A stretch of DNA of 32,000 bases from Synechocystis sp. PCC 6803 substr. PCC-P (GTDB taxonomy: Bacteria; Cyanobacteriota; Cyanobacteriia; Cyanobacteriales; Microcystaceae): contig NC_017039.1 in NCBI RefSeq assembly GCF_000284455.1, positions 1,410,001 to 1,442,000 of the forward strand, written 5' to 3'. Made by a program: the position numbers and the translations under genes. Numbering within the stretch: the first letter of the stretch is position 1; every line of letters begins with the position of its first letter. Shown piece by piece: positions 1 to 8,932 of this stretch. The notes below the pieces were generated by a model, which saw only the letters and a list, made by a program, of their open reading frames with translations, was not told where the DNA came from and made no database searches.

Positions 1-21
1 TCAACCTCTGGTAACATCTCC

Positions 22-1071
22 CTATCCCAAAGACCCTTTCAAACTGGCGATCGCCAACAGTAGTTGATCAATTTCCCCGTCAGTACCCACGGTAATGCGG
101 AGATAATCGGTAATGCGGGGATGGTTAAAGTAACGCACCAGAATTTTCTTTTCCTTTAAGGCTTGGTACAGGTCAGCGGCGGCCATCCAACGGGGAGCGG
201 CAAACACAAAATTGGCATCCGAGGGACATACCTGGAAATCTAACTCCGCCAATTGCTCCATTAAACGGGTGCGAGTGTGGCGTACCTTTTCCCAGAGGGG
301 CACAAATTCAGCCTGGTTCCGTAAAGCGGCGGTGCCCAATACCTGGGCCAAACGATCCAAGTTGTAGGAATCCCGCACCTTATCCATTTCTTCAATCAAG
401 GCCGGAGCGGCGATCGCCAAACCCACCCGCATCCCCGCCAGGCTATAACTCTTGGAAAGGGTACGGGAAATAATCACATTGTCAAACTCTTGCAGAAAGT
501 CCCAATGGTCCTCGTCGGAAAAATCCCCGTAGGCTTCGTCAATGACCACTACTCCCTCCGCCTGGGCGCAGGTCTGCCAAAGGAATTCTCGATTTAAATG
601 CTTGCCTTTGGGGGGATTGGGGGAAGCGAGGAAAATCAGTTTTGCCTCTGGACAAATCACCGGCCCGGTTAAATCAAAATTGGCATCGGTGGCAATTTTT
701 TGTACCTTAGCCCCATGGACTGAGGCGATCGTTTCATATAGGGAGTAAGTAAGATCTAAAAAGGCAACAGTTTCCCCTGGATCGACAAAGGTACGCACCA
801 CAATATTGAGAATATCGTCGGAGCCATTGCCTGCTAAAACCTGATTTAAATCCACTCCATACAAATCCGCCGCTGCTTGACGTAACTGGGTCGAAACGGG
901 ATCAGGGTAAAGCCTTACTTTTGGTAACTCCGCTGCCACCGCTGCCAACACCTGGGCGGGAGGATCGTAGGGATTTTCGTTGGTGTTGAGCTTGATAAAA
1001 TCGTTGGTTTGGGGCTGTTCCCCAGGCACATAGGCGGGGGTATGACGGACGGACGGACGGATAGACACCAT
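22..1071 (-). CDS. hisC: histidinol-phosphate aminotransferase (class II PLP-dependent aminotransferase)
   Basis: ORF 22..1125. It has the LNTNENPY block and the PLP-lysine block SRTLSKSYSLAGMRVG typical of HisC. I chose the start at internal ATG 1071 (MVSIRPSVRHTPAYVPGE) because homologues start shortly before the Y-x-PG motif. The frame stays open to ATG 1125, so the start is uncertain. Confidence 0.85.
   Translation of the reverse strand: MVSIRPSVRHTPAYVPGEQPQTNDFIKLNTNENPYDPPAQVLAAVAAELPKVRLYPDPVSTQLRQAAADLYGVDLNQVLAGNGSDDILNIVVRTFVDPGETVAFLDLTYSLYETIASVHGAKVQKIATDANFDLTGPVICPEAKLIFLASPNPPKGKHLNREFLWQTCAQAEGVVVIDEAYGDFSDEDHWDFLQEFDNVIISRTLSKSYSLAGMRVGLAIAAPALIEEMDKVRDSYNLDRLAQVLGTAALRNQAEFVPLWEKVRHTRTRLMEQLAELDFQVCPSDANFVFAAPRWMAAADLYQALKEKKILVRYFNHPRITDYLRITVGTDGEIDQLLLAIASLKGSLG
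47..54. repeat. HIP1 octamer GCGATCGC (example; about 21 perfect copies found by eye)
   Basis: Perfect copies were read at 47, 410, 3915, 4543, 4938, 6254, 6425, 7652, 18519, 19610, 21118, 24139, 26300, 27478, 27607, 28546, 29788 and 30247 (start positions), among others. It is a hallmark of several cyanobacterial genomes, including Synechocystis. Confidence 0.9.
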
Positions 1072-1263
1072 TGCGCAATTACGATCAAAGGGGCAATAAA
1101 TCCCTTTGTTTAAAGCTTCTCCCATTACAGACCATACCCCGACACCGTTGCCGCTGTAAAGGCGACGTCTAGGAAAAAACAGGGGAAAGAATGCCCTTTG
1201 TTTGGGCTATTTTTTAGGGATGGATTGGGACGACATGGAGATATGCCATGGCCAAACTGCCAA

Positions 1264-1578
1264 TCAGTCACAGCAATGGCGGGGAACATAGGCTTGGGTT
1301 ACTTGGCCATAGGATTCCAGGTAATGCCGTAGATGGTGAAATTGTTCGGGATTGAGACGGTAATAAATCCAGCGGCCGTCCTGGCGAGTGTGCACCAATT
1401 CCGCATCCCGCAGGCGTTTGAGGTGAAAAGATAACTTGGATTGACTAATATTCAGTTGGTCGCAAAGGTCACAGACGCACTGTTCTTGATTTTCCAGCAG
1501 AGTTAGCACCTGGAGGCGAATAGGGTCAGACAAAGCTTGAAACCCGACACTGATTAGGTCTTTTTCCGTTGTTTTCAC
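1264..1578 (-). CDS. arsR: ArsR/SmtB-family metalloregulatory transcription repressor
   Basis: 104 aa with a GTG start. It has a winged HTH with the metalloid-binding CVCDLC motif (LENQEQCVCDLCDQLNISQSKLSFHLKRLRDAELV) and C-terminal cysteines (HCCD). From memory it matches the unlinked ArsR (sll1957) of Synechocystis. Confidence 0.8.
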   Translation of the reverse strand: MKTTEKDLISVGFQALSDPIRLQVLTLLENQEQCVCDLCDQLNISQSKLSFHLKRLRDAELVHTRQDGRWIYYRLNPEQFHHLRHYLESYGQVTQAYVPRHCCD

Positions 1579-1666
1579 GACAATATAGAAAAATATGAGG
1601 ATATTAAAAATAATTTATGCGATTTTCTTGCGGATAACCACCGAAAAGCTCTGGATGTATTATGGT

Positions 1667-1685
1667 GTGAATTGATCCCATTCAC
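1667..1685. promoter_or_regulatory. candidate operator: inverted repeat GTGAAT-N7-ATTCAC in the arsR/aqpZ divergent intergenic region
   Basis: A perfect 6-bp inverted repeat was read directly from the sequence, about 90 nt upstream of the arsR start. It resembles the TGAA..TTCA half-sites of SmtB/ArsR operators. There is no binding evidence. Confidence 0.2.
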
Positions 1686-1949
1686 CCCCCATCTAGCTAC
1701 GACATTACCCCACTGTGCAGGCTGATTGGGCAAAGATTCCGTTCAAAACTAGGGAGTGGGTTAGATGCTGGGGAAATGTAGCCAAATTCTTGCCCCCAAA
1801 AAGTAAAATTTTCGTTGATTTTGTACAAAATTTGACAAAACAGTGCTACCTTTCGTGGTGGATATTTTTGATCCAAACTAGTTGGCTAAACCTAGGCCTA
1901 AATTGAGCCTAACAAGAAATAAACTCTTTTTCCCTTTTTGAAGACGCAA

Positions 1950-2693
1950 ATGAAAAAGTACATTGCTGAATTTATTGGCACTTTTTGGTTAGTGCTTGGT
2001 GGTTGTGGCAGCGCTGTTTTTGCCGCTTTTATCGCCGCCCCTGGTGGTGGCAATACCAACGAATTTGGCTTGGGCTACCTGGGCGTTGCCTTAGCTTTTG
2101 GTTTAACGGTTTTTACTGGGGCCTATGCCCTTGGTCATATTTCCGGTGGTCATTTCAACCCCGCTGTTTCCTTTGGACTCTGGATGGGTAAGAGATTCCC
2201 CGGTTCCCAGTTAGCCCCCTATATCGGTGCCCAAGTTCTAGGGGCGATCGTGGCGAGCTTATTTATTTTCATTGTTGCCCAGGGTGGCCCTAACTTTTCC
2301 CTTGACGGCAGCAACCCCCTCGCTACTAACGGTTTTGGTGACCATTCCCCCCAGGGTTACGGCTTTTTGGCTGCCCTGTTAATTGAATTTGTTCTCACCT
2401 TCATTTTCCTAATTGTCATTTTGGGCGTTACGGATAAAACTGCCCCCGCTGGTTTTGCCCCCGCCGCCATCGGTTTAGCTTTGACTCTGATCCACCTGAT
2501 TAGTATTCCCATTACCAACACTTCCGTGAATCCAGCCCGCAGCACTGGGGTTGCTCTTTTCTGTGGCAATCCTGCTTTGATTGGACAATTGTGGTTATTT
2601 TGGTTAGCCCCGATCGCCGGAGCGCTATTGGCAGGTTTTGTTTATCACAATGTGCTGGAAGACCTGGGCCGTCCCGAACCCGAAGCAGAGTGA
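1950..2693 (+). CDS. aqpZ: aquaporin Z (MIP family water channel)
   Basis: Two NPA boxes (HFNPAVS, SVNPARS) and six predicted TM segments. The ORF track starts at TTG 1938. ATG 1950 ([15 protein letters not shown]) is the more likely start. Confidence 0.9.
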
Positions 2694-2747
2694 AGCAAAT
2701 GCTGACACTATCGGGGTTACGTTATCCTGACCCTGTTGATGTTTTTA

Positions 2748-2794
2748 CTCCCCAGATACCTGATGGTTCAGGTTAAGCTTGGGGAGATTTTTTT
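2748..2794 (+). terminator. Rho-independent terminator after aqpZ
   Basis: The outer stem CTCCCCA (2748-2754) pairs with TGGGGAG (2780-2786). It encloses an inner hairpin ACCTGA-TGGT-TCAGGT and is followed by ATTTTTTT. Confidence 0.6.
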
Positions 2795-2827
2795 GGCTTT
2801 AACCCAACTCCCCTTAAAAAGCGTCTG

Positions 2828-2977
2828 AAAAATTGACTTTTGGCTGTTTAATCCCCCCTAGCCCCCCTTGGGATGGGGGAAACTGTGACAAAAGTCCCCT
2901 TTTTAAGCCGGAGCTTTAGTGAGGAGATTTAGGGGGATAAATACTTAGCCTTGCGCTTTTCAAATAGGTTCTTAGCG
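2828..2977 (+). repeat. MITE-like dispersed repeat, full copy 1 (about 150 bp) with G/C hairpin core
   Basis: It aligns over its whole length with 17070..17212 and 18213..18362. The core TTAATCCCCCCTAGCCCCCCTTGGGATGGGGGAAACTG lies at 2848..2885. The right half is GAGCTTTAGTGAGGAGATTTAGGGGGATAAATACTTAGCCTTGCGC. Confidence 0.8.
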
Positions 2978-3152
2978 GAAACAGAACTTGCCAAAAATCA
3001 ACTTTTGGTCTTTATCATTCAGTAAGGCGGGGTTTGATTTTCCGGAAAGATTAAGATAAGTATTGGTTATATGGTTATTAGCCAGGATTATCAAATCTGT
3101 CTGACCTCCGTCGCCCTCCTTTTTTCGTTTCTTCCCCCGTTTCCCCTTCCCT

Positions 3153-5849
3153 ATGTCCAAACTCGTTATCGTTGAATCCCCCACTAAAGCCCGCACTATC
3201 CGCAACTATCTGCCCCAGGATTATCGGGTGGAAGCTTCCATGGGCCATGTCCGGGATTTACCGGCTTCGGCGGAGGAAGTACCCGCGGCTTACAAAGATA
3301 AAAGTTGGGCTAATTTGGGAGTCAATGTGGAAGACCATTTCAGTCCCCTTTATGTGATTCCCAAAAGCAAAAAGAAAGTAGTTAAGGAATTGCAAACTGC
3401 CCTGAAAAATGCCGACGAAGTAATTCTGGCCACGGACGAAGACCGGGAAGGAGAAAGTATTAGCTGGCATTTGTTGCAACTGCTCCAGCCCAAAGTGCCC
3501 ATTAAACGGATGGTGTTCCACGAAATTACCCAGGAAGCCATTCGCAGTGCGCTGGAGAATTGCCGCGATATTGACGAGAATTTAGTCCATGCCCAGGAAA
3601 CCCGCCGCATTTTAGACCGTTTGGTGGGCTATACCCTTTCCCCTTTGCTCTGGAAAAAAATTGCTTGGGGACTATCCGCTGGCCGGGTGCAGTCGGTGGC
3701 GGTGCGGTTGATTGTGCAGCGGGAACGGGCCCGCCGGGCCTTTAAGACCGCTGGTTACTGGGACTTAAAAGCAGAACTGGAACAGAATAAAAATCCTTTT
3801 CAGGCCAAGTTGATGACCTTGGGGGGCACTAAATTAGCCAATGGTAGCGATTTTGATCCCAATACTGGTGCGTTGTTGCCCGATAAACAGGTGGTGGTGC
3901 TGGATGAAGCCCAGGCGATCGCCCTGAAGGAGCGTTTAACCGGCAAGCCCTGGGCAGTGGTCAATACCGAAGAAAAGCCCGGTGTCCGTAAACCGTCTCC
4001 CCCCTTTACCACTTCCACCCTGCAACAGGAAGCCAACCGCAAGTTAGGCATTTCCGCCCGGGATACGATGCGAGTGGCCCAAAAACTCTACGAAGAGGGT
4101 TACATCACCTATATGCGGACGGATTCGGTGCATCTTTCTGACCAAGCGGTGACGGCGGCCCGCAATTGCGTGCAACAAATGTACGGCAAAGAATACCTGA
4201 GTCCCCAGCCCAAGCAGTACACCACCAAAAGTAAAGGGGCCCAGGAAGCCCACGAAGCCATTCGCCCCGCTGGGACAGAGTTTCGCATTCCCAATCAAAC
4301 AGGGTTAAAAGACCGGGAATTGGCCTTATATGAGTTGATCTGGAAACGGACGGTGGCCTGCCAGATGGCCGATGCCCGCATTACCCAACTGAGTGTGCTG
4401 TTAAAAGTGGAAGATGCGGAATTTCGCGCGGCGGGTAAACGCATTGATTTCCCCGGTTATTTCCGGGCCTACGTGGAAGGGTCTGATGATCCCGATGCCG
4501 CTCTGGAAAACCAAGAAGTGATTCTGCCCCCCCTCAAAGTTGGCGATCGCCCGAATTGCCGAGAAATTGATACCGTGGGCCACGAAACCCAACCCCCCGC
4601 CCGCTATACGGAAGCTTCGTTGGTGAAAACGCTGGAAAGTGAAGGGGTAGGCCGCCCTAGTACCTATGCCAGCATTATTGGCACCATTATCGACCGGGGT
4701 TATGTGCAAATGCGGAGCAAAGCTTTGACCCCCACCTTCACTGCCTTTGCGGTGGTGAGTTTACTGGAATCCCATTTCCCCGACTTAGTGGATACGGGTT
4801 TCACTTCCCGCATGGAGCAGAAGTTAGACGAAATTGCCATCGGTAAAACCCAGTGGCTCCCCTATTTACAGGGCTTTTTCCTGGGGGAATCGGGGCTAGA
4901 AAACCAAGTCAAAGTGCGCCAAGACCAGATCGACCCGGCGATCGCCAAGGCCATTGAGCTGGAAAACCTGGCCGCTAAGGTGAAAATTGGCAAGTTTGGC
5001 CCCTATATCGAAATTCCCCAGGGGGAAGAAATTATTACCGCTTCCATTCCTCAGGATCTAACTCCGGCAGACCTCAACCCCGAACAGGTGGCCGTGTTGC
5101 TCAAGCAAAAAACGGAGGGCCCCGATAAAGTCGGTATCCATCCTGAAACCGGGGAACCAATTTTCATCCTCATTGGAGCCTATGGCCCCTACGTCCAGCT
5201 AGGGGAAGCAACGGAGGAAAATAAGAAACCGAAACGCACTTCCCTGCCCAAGGGGGTTAAACCGGAGGATGTCACCCTGGAAATGGCAGTGGGATTGTTG
5301 GCCCTGCCCCGTAATTTGGGAGAACATCCGGAATCGGGCAAAAATATTAAAGCCAGTCTGGGTCGGTTTGGCCCCTACGTAGTCCATGACCAAGGTAAGG
5401 ATGGCAAGGATTATCGTTCCCTCAAAGGGGATGATGATGTGTTGACCATCACCCTGGAACGGGCTTTGGAGTTGTTGGCGGAACCAAAACGGGGCCGGGG
5501 CAGCCGCACTCCCCTCAAACAATTGGGCTTACATCCCGAAGACCAGGAGCCGGTTAATTTGTTCAAAGGCCCCTATGGGGTTTACATCAAACATGGCAAA
5601 GTTAATGCCAGCTTGCCGGAGGGGGAAACGGAAGAAACCATTACCCTAGAAAAAGCTTTACCCCTGTTGGCGGAAAAGGCCGGCAGCGGTAAAAAAACTA
5701 GCCGTAAAAAAGCCACCACCACAGCGAAGGGCACTAAGAAAACCACTTCTAAAAAAGCTAGTGCCACTGGTACGGCCAAGAAGACCACCACTAAACGCAC
5801 CACCCGGAAAAAAGCTGCCAGTCCAGACCAGTCCAGCGAGGCTGGTTAA
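3153..5849 (+). CDS. topA: DNA topoisomerase I (type IA)
   Basis: 898 aa. The Toprim N-terminus is [16 protein letters not shown] and the active-site Tyr block is [11 protein letters not shown]. The C-terminus has four cysteine-free GxxGPY repeats and a Lys/Thr-rich basic tail. Confidence 0.95.
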   Translation: MSKLVIVESPTKARTIRNYLPQDYRVEASMGHVRDLPASAEEVPAAYKDKSWANLGVNVEDHFSPLYVIPKSKKKVVKELQTALKNADEVILATDEDREGESISWHLLQLLQPKVPIKRMVFHEITQEAIRSALENCRDIDENLVHAQETRRILDRLVGYTLSPLLWKKIAWGLSAGRVQSVAVRLIVQRERARRAFKTAGYWDLKAELEQNKNPFQAKLMTLGGTKLANGSDFDPNTGALLPDKQVVVLDEAQAIALKERLTGKPWAVVNTEEKPGVRKPSPPFTTSTLQQEANRKLGISARDTMRVAQKLYEEGYITYMRTDSVHLSDQAVTAARNCVQQMYGKEYLSPQPKQYTTKSKGAQEAHEAIRPAGTEFRIPNQTGLKDRELALYELIWKRTVACQMADARITQLSVLLKVEDAEFRAAGKRIDFPGYFRAYVEGSDDPDAALENQEVILPPLKVGDRPNCREIDTVGHETQPPARYTEASLVKTLESEGVGRPSTYASIIGTIIDRGYVQMRSKALTPTFTAFAVVSLLESHFPDLVDTGFTSRMEQKLDEIAIGKTQWLPYLQGFFLGESGLENQVKVRQDQIDPAIAKAIELENLAAKVKIGKFGPYIEIPQGEEIITASIPQDLTPADLNPEQVAVLLKQKTEGPDKVGIHPETGEPIFILIGAYGPYVQLGEATEENKKPKRTSLPKGVKPEDVTLEMAVGLLALPRNLGEHPESGKNIKASLGRFGPYVVHDQGKDGKDYRSLKGDDDVLTITLERALELLAEPKRGRGSRTPLKQLGLHPEDQEPVNLFKGPYGVYIKHGKVNASLPEGETEETITLEKALPLLAEKAGSGKKTSRKKATTTAKGTKKTTSKKASATGTAKKTTTKRTTRKKAASPDQSSEAG

Positions 5850-5869
5850 ACAACTAGTTAAATAGAAGG

Positions 5870-6274
5870 ATGAAGAAGCGTGTGACCCTGACTTTTCCCC
5901 GTAGTGCGGTGCAAATGCCCGTCACTTATCGGCTGGCCAAGGATTTTAATATTGCCGCCAATATTATCCGAGCCCAGGTGGCCCCCAATCAGGTAGGCAA
6001 AGTAGTACTGGAATTGTCCGGGGACATTGACCAACTGGAAGCGTCTTTGGAGTGGATGCGCTCCCAGAGTATTGAAGTTTCCTTGGCTAGTCGGGAAATT
6101 GTCATTGATGACCAAAGTTGTGTAGATTGTGGCCTCTGTACCGGGGTTTGCCCTACGGAGGCTCTGAGTTTAGATCCGGATAGTTTTCGCTTGATGTTCC
6201 GTCGTTCCCGTTGTGTGGTCTGTGAGCAATGTATTCCTTCCTGCCCCGTCCAGGCGATCGCCACTAATTTCTAA
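5870..6274 (+). CDS. NIL-domain protein fused to a 2x[4Fe-4S] ferredoxin domain
   Basis: 134 aa. The N-terminus is NIL-like (VTLTFPRSAVQMPVTYRLAKDFNIAANIIRAQV). It has two CxxCxxCxxxCP motifs (CVDCGLCTGVCP, CVVCEQCIPSCP). A GAAGGA Shine-Dalgarno-like sequence precedes the ATG. Confidence 0.8.
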   Translation: MKKRVTLTFPRSAVQMPVTYRLAKDFNIAANIIRAQVAPNQVGKVVLELSGDIDQLEASLEWMRSQSIEVSLASREIVIDDQSCVDCGLCTGVCPTEALSLDPDSFRLMFRRSRCVVCEQCIPSCPVQAIATNF

Positions 6275-6310
6275 CATCTTTGCCGACTCCGCCAACGGTG
6301 AGTTATCCCC

Positions 6311-7708
6311 ATGGAATCCCCCATCCAAGCCCAACCCCCCCTGGACTTTTTAGCGCCCAATCTCCAGCCCTGGTTACTCCGGCTCGGGCCGCTGATTTTG
6401 CCCTGGTGGATCCGTTCTCAAACGGCGATCGCCAAAATTGAAGCCGAAAATTTGCAGGTTCTAGCTCAGGCCTACGGGGACTTTAGCCAAGGCAAAAACC
6501 GTTTACTCCTGGCTTTTCGTCACCCCAGCATCAACGATCCGTTATGTATGGGGTATTTATTTTGGAATTTATTACCGCCAGCTCTGAAAAAAGGTGCTCT
6601 CCAACCGCCACCGGTGAGCCACTCCCACTTTATGTATGACCGGGGCATTCCCCTCTGGGGAGGAGATTTTCTACAGTGGCTATTTCCCCGTTTAGGGGGC
6701 ACTTCCATTCAGCGGGGGAAATTAGACCGCCCTGGCTTACGGTCTGCTCGGGATTTAATGCTCAACGGCCAATATCCCCTGGCCGCCGCCCCAGAAGGAG
6801 CCACCAACGGCCATAACGAACTCATTTCTCCCCTGGAACCGGGCATTGCCCAACTGGGATTTTGGTGTGCGGAGGATTTACGCAAAGCCCAAAGACCGGA
6901 GCAAACACTAATTCTACCGGTGGGTATTCAATATTTTTACCTCACCCCTCCTTGGCGAGAGATTGAAAATTTACTTTCCCAACTGGAAAACGACTGCGGC
7001 ATTGGCCCCACCACTGACCATAGTTTGGGCGAAGCCAGATTATACGAACGCCTTTATAGCTTGGGGGAGGTAATGTTGGATCTGATGGAGAATTTTTACC
7101 GTCAGTTTTACCAACAAAACTTGCCAGCGGTGGAGGATTTAGCCCAAAGCCTGCAAGAGAATTTTAATAACCTTGAAACCGATCCCAATCAATTACTTGC
7201 TTCCCGCCTCCAAAATTTGCTCCATGCGGCATTAACGGTGGGGGAAGAATATTTTCAAATTACCCCGAAAGGAACGTTACCGGATCGTTGTCGACGCTTA
7301 GAACAAGCTGGTTGGGATTGTATTTATCGTGAAGATTTGCGGGACGAACAGACTTTATTCCCAGTTAAAAAGGGTCTAGCGGATCGCATTGCAGAAGAGG
7401 CAGATTTAAGAATGTGGCATATGCGCTTGGTGGAAAATTTTGTCGCAGTGACGGGGCATTACGTCAAAGAAAAACCGACGGTGGAACGGTTTGCCGACAC
7501 TCTTTTATTACTTTGGAATGTCATTACCCGCATGAAGGGGGGCAACTTGAACAATCGTCCCATCCTAGGTCGTCAGCGGGTTCAATTAACCATTGGTGAG
7601 CCGATTTTGGTGGATGATCATTATGAAGATTACAAAGGTAATCGCAAACTGGCGATCGCCAAGGTAACTGAAGTTTTGCAGGAAAAGTTATCCGCACTAA
7701 TTATTTAA
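6311..7708 (+). CDS. PlsC-family (lysophospholipid/glycerol-phosphate) acyltransferase-like protein
   Basis: 465 aa. It has the HX4D acyltransferase motif (FRHPSINDP) and a PEG block (AAAPEGATNG). The long C-terminal extension has no obvious domain. Confidence 0.7.
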   Translation: MESPIQAQPPLDFLAPNLQPWLLRLGPLILPWWIRSQTAIAKIEAENLQVLAQAYGDFSQGKNRLLLAFRHPSINDPLCMGYLFWNLLPPALKKGALQPPPVSHSHFMYDRGIPLWGGDFLQWLFPRLGGTSIQRGKLDRPGLRSARDLMLNGQYPLAAAPEGATNGHNELISPLEPGIAQLGFWCAEDLRKAQRPEQTLILPVGIQYFYLTPPWREIENLLSQLENDCGIGPTTDHSLGEARLYERLYSLGEVMLDLMENFYRQFYQQNLPAVEDLAQSLQENFNNLETDPNQLLASRLQNLLHAALTVGEEYFQITPKGTLPDRCRRLEQAGWDCIYREDLRDEQTLFPVKKGLADRIAEEADLRMWHMRLVENFVAVTGHYVKEKPTVERFADTLLLLWNVITRMKGGNLNNRPILGRQRVQLTIGEPILVDDHYEDYKGNRKLAIAKVTEVLQEKLSALII

Positions 7709-7714
7709 TTATTG

Positions 7715-7999
7715 CTAATGGTTTCTCCGGTATAAATAAACTGAACAACTTATACCAAGTCGATAAAAAGATGGCATAAATAGAGGAAGAAGAATGCACT
7801 GTAAGAATAGAGGATTGAGATAGCCCCGAAAAACTAACTGGACAGGAGAGAAAGTAAGCCCAGGGAAGCTGAATTCGGCCCATTGGGGGATAGAGATTTC
7901 GTAGTTTCGGAGGTAGATGGTGTCATACTTTAATCCTACTCCAGTCAAAAAGACTAGCAGGGTGGTAACAATGGCAACGAAGGTTTGAAAGTTCGGCAT
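7715..7999 (-). CDS. small hypothetical membrane protein (copy A of a duplicated N-terminal TM module)
   Basis: 94 aa. The N-terminal 52 aa (MPNFQTFVAIVTTLLVFLTGVGLKYDTIYLRNYEISIPQWAEFSFPGLTFS) are near-identical to residues 32-84 of ORF 8933..9559. The ATG lies 22 nt downstream of the Uma2 stop. Whether it is expressed or is only a duplication remnant is unknown. Confidence 0.45.
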   Translation of the reverse strand: MPNFQTFVAIVTTLLVFLTGVGLKYDTIYLRNYEISIPQWAEFSFPGLTFSPVQLVFRGYLNPLFLQCILLPLFMPSFYRLGISCSVYLYRRNH

Positions 8000-8028
8000 T
8001 GTTGCTGAGGAATCAACGTCCCTATTTT
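7849..8028 (-). repeat. direct repeat copy A (leader plus 5' coding module), partner at 9319..9498
   Basis: Hand alignment gave an offset of exactly 1470 bp with no indels. I counted 13 mismatches across 7851-8010 (about 92% identity). Identity decays at both edges. Confidence 0.85.
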
Positions 8029-8600
8029 AATCGTTCAAAACTCAGCCAGCCAAAAATTATCTCTGGAGTGATGAACCATTCTTGCAGTTCGGCTAATACA
8101 GCTAGGGGATCTTTACCCATTTTTGTTTCTGGTAGTTGGTTCCCTTGGAAAACCATAACGATATTCTCACTAGGAGAAACAAGCCAACCTAGTTGACAGC
8201 CATTCCTAAGGGCAAAACTTATTTTTTCGATAACTTTTAGGGGAGATTGATCTGGGGAGAGGATTTCAATGATCCAATCTGGGGGGATATCGATTCTGTC
8301 AACAATTTGCCCCCTACTATCTAGGGGAATGTTGTTCCATTTGAAAACAGTAATGTCTGGAACAAGAGATCTTTCCCCGAAGGTGCAGCGCAGTTCTGTG
8401 AAGGCATAGGCGAGCTGGTGGGATTCTGCCCGTTGATTAATTTCGCTAGCCAAGGTGGTTTGCAGTTTACTGTGTTTACCCTGGGGCATTGGCTTCTGGA
8501 TAATTTTTCCGTTTTGATATTCTTGGGCAGGTTTGGTTTCCGGTAAGTTTAAGAATTCTTCTAGGGAAATGCTAGACGTTGTCTCAATAGCATGAATCAT
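8022..8600 (-). CDS. Uma2-family (DUF820) PD-(D/E)xK restriction-endonuclease-like protein
   Basis: 192 aa. It has the characteristic blocks EYQNGKIIQKPMPQGKHS, VPDITVF and PPDWIIEILSPDQS. This family is greatly expanded in cyanobacteria. Confidence 0.8.
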   Translation of the reverse strand: MIHAIETTSSISLEEFLNLPETKPAQEYQNGKIIQKPMPQGKHSKLQTTLASEINQRAESHQLAYAFTELRCTFGERSLVPDITVFKWNNIPLDSRGQIVDRIDIPPDWIIEILSPDQSPLKVIEKISFALRNGCQLGWLVSPSENIVMVFQGNQLPETKMGKDPLAVLAELQEWFITPEIIFGWLSFERLK

Positions 8601-8884
8601 AGTTTTTCACTAGGGAAGAGTAACATTTTAGCCCGGGGCCATGACCAGTAGGAATTTTTCCTAGCTGATTCCATTAGGGCTTGATTATAGGGAAGAAAAA
8701 TTTGCTTTCTTTCCGTTAATTCATTGTTACCCTGGTAGCAAAGGGTGAGAAGTTGCCTGTGTTTATTATCCCTCCTAGCCCTTCTTCGCAAAGGCAGGGA
8801 CAAGAGCACTGTTTTAATATTCTTGTTTTGGTTTCTGGATGAGGGCAGAAATAATTCACATTTCTTGAACTATTCTTTCCACAG

Positions 8885-8915
8885 AAAAATAAATCCAATT
8901 ACCCTTTTTTAAGGG
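8885..8915 (-). terminator. weak candidate terminator after ORF 8933..9559
   Basis: The hairpin CCCTT-TTTT-AAGGG lies at 8902..8915. On the minus strand it is followed by a T-rich tract (ATTTATTTTT). Confidence 0.3.
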
Positions 8916-8932
8916 AGATTAAATCACCATTC

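Noticed and set aside
1715-1906. 63-aa plus-strand ORF in the arsR-aqpZ intergenic region
   Set aside because: It starts at a non-ATG codon, has no motifs and occupies the expected aqpZ promoter and leader region.
8597-8898. Two short minus-strand ORFs (8597..8809, 8716..8898) in the 330-bp spacer between ORF 8933..9559 and Uma2
   Set aside because: They overlap each other and a degenerate repeat core, and they have no recognisable motifs or ribosome-binding sites. I treat the region as non-coding spacer that may hold the Uma2 promoter.
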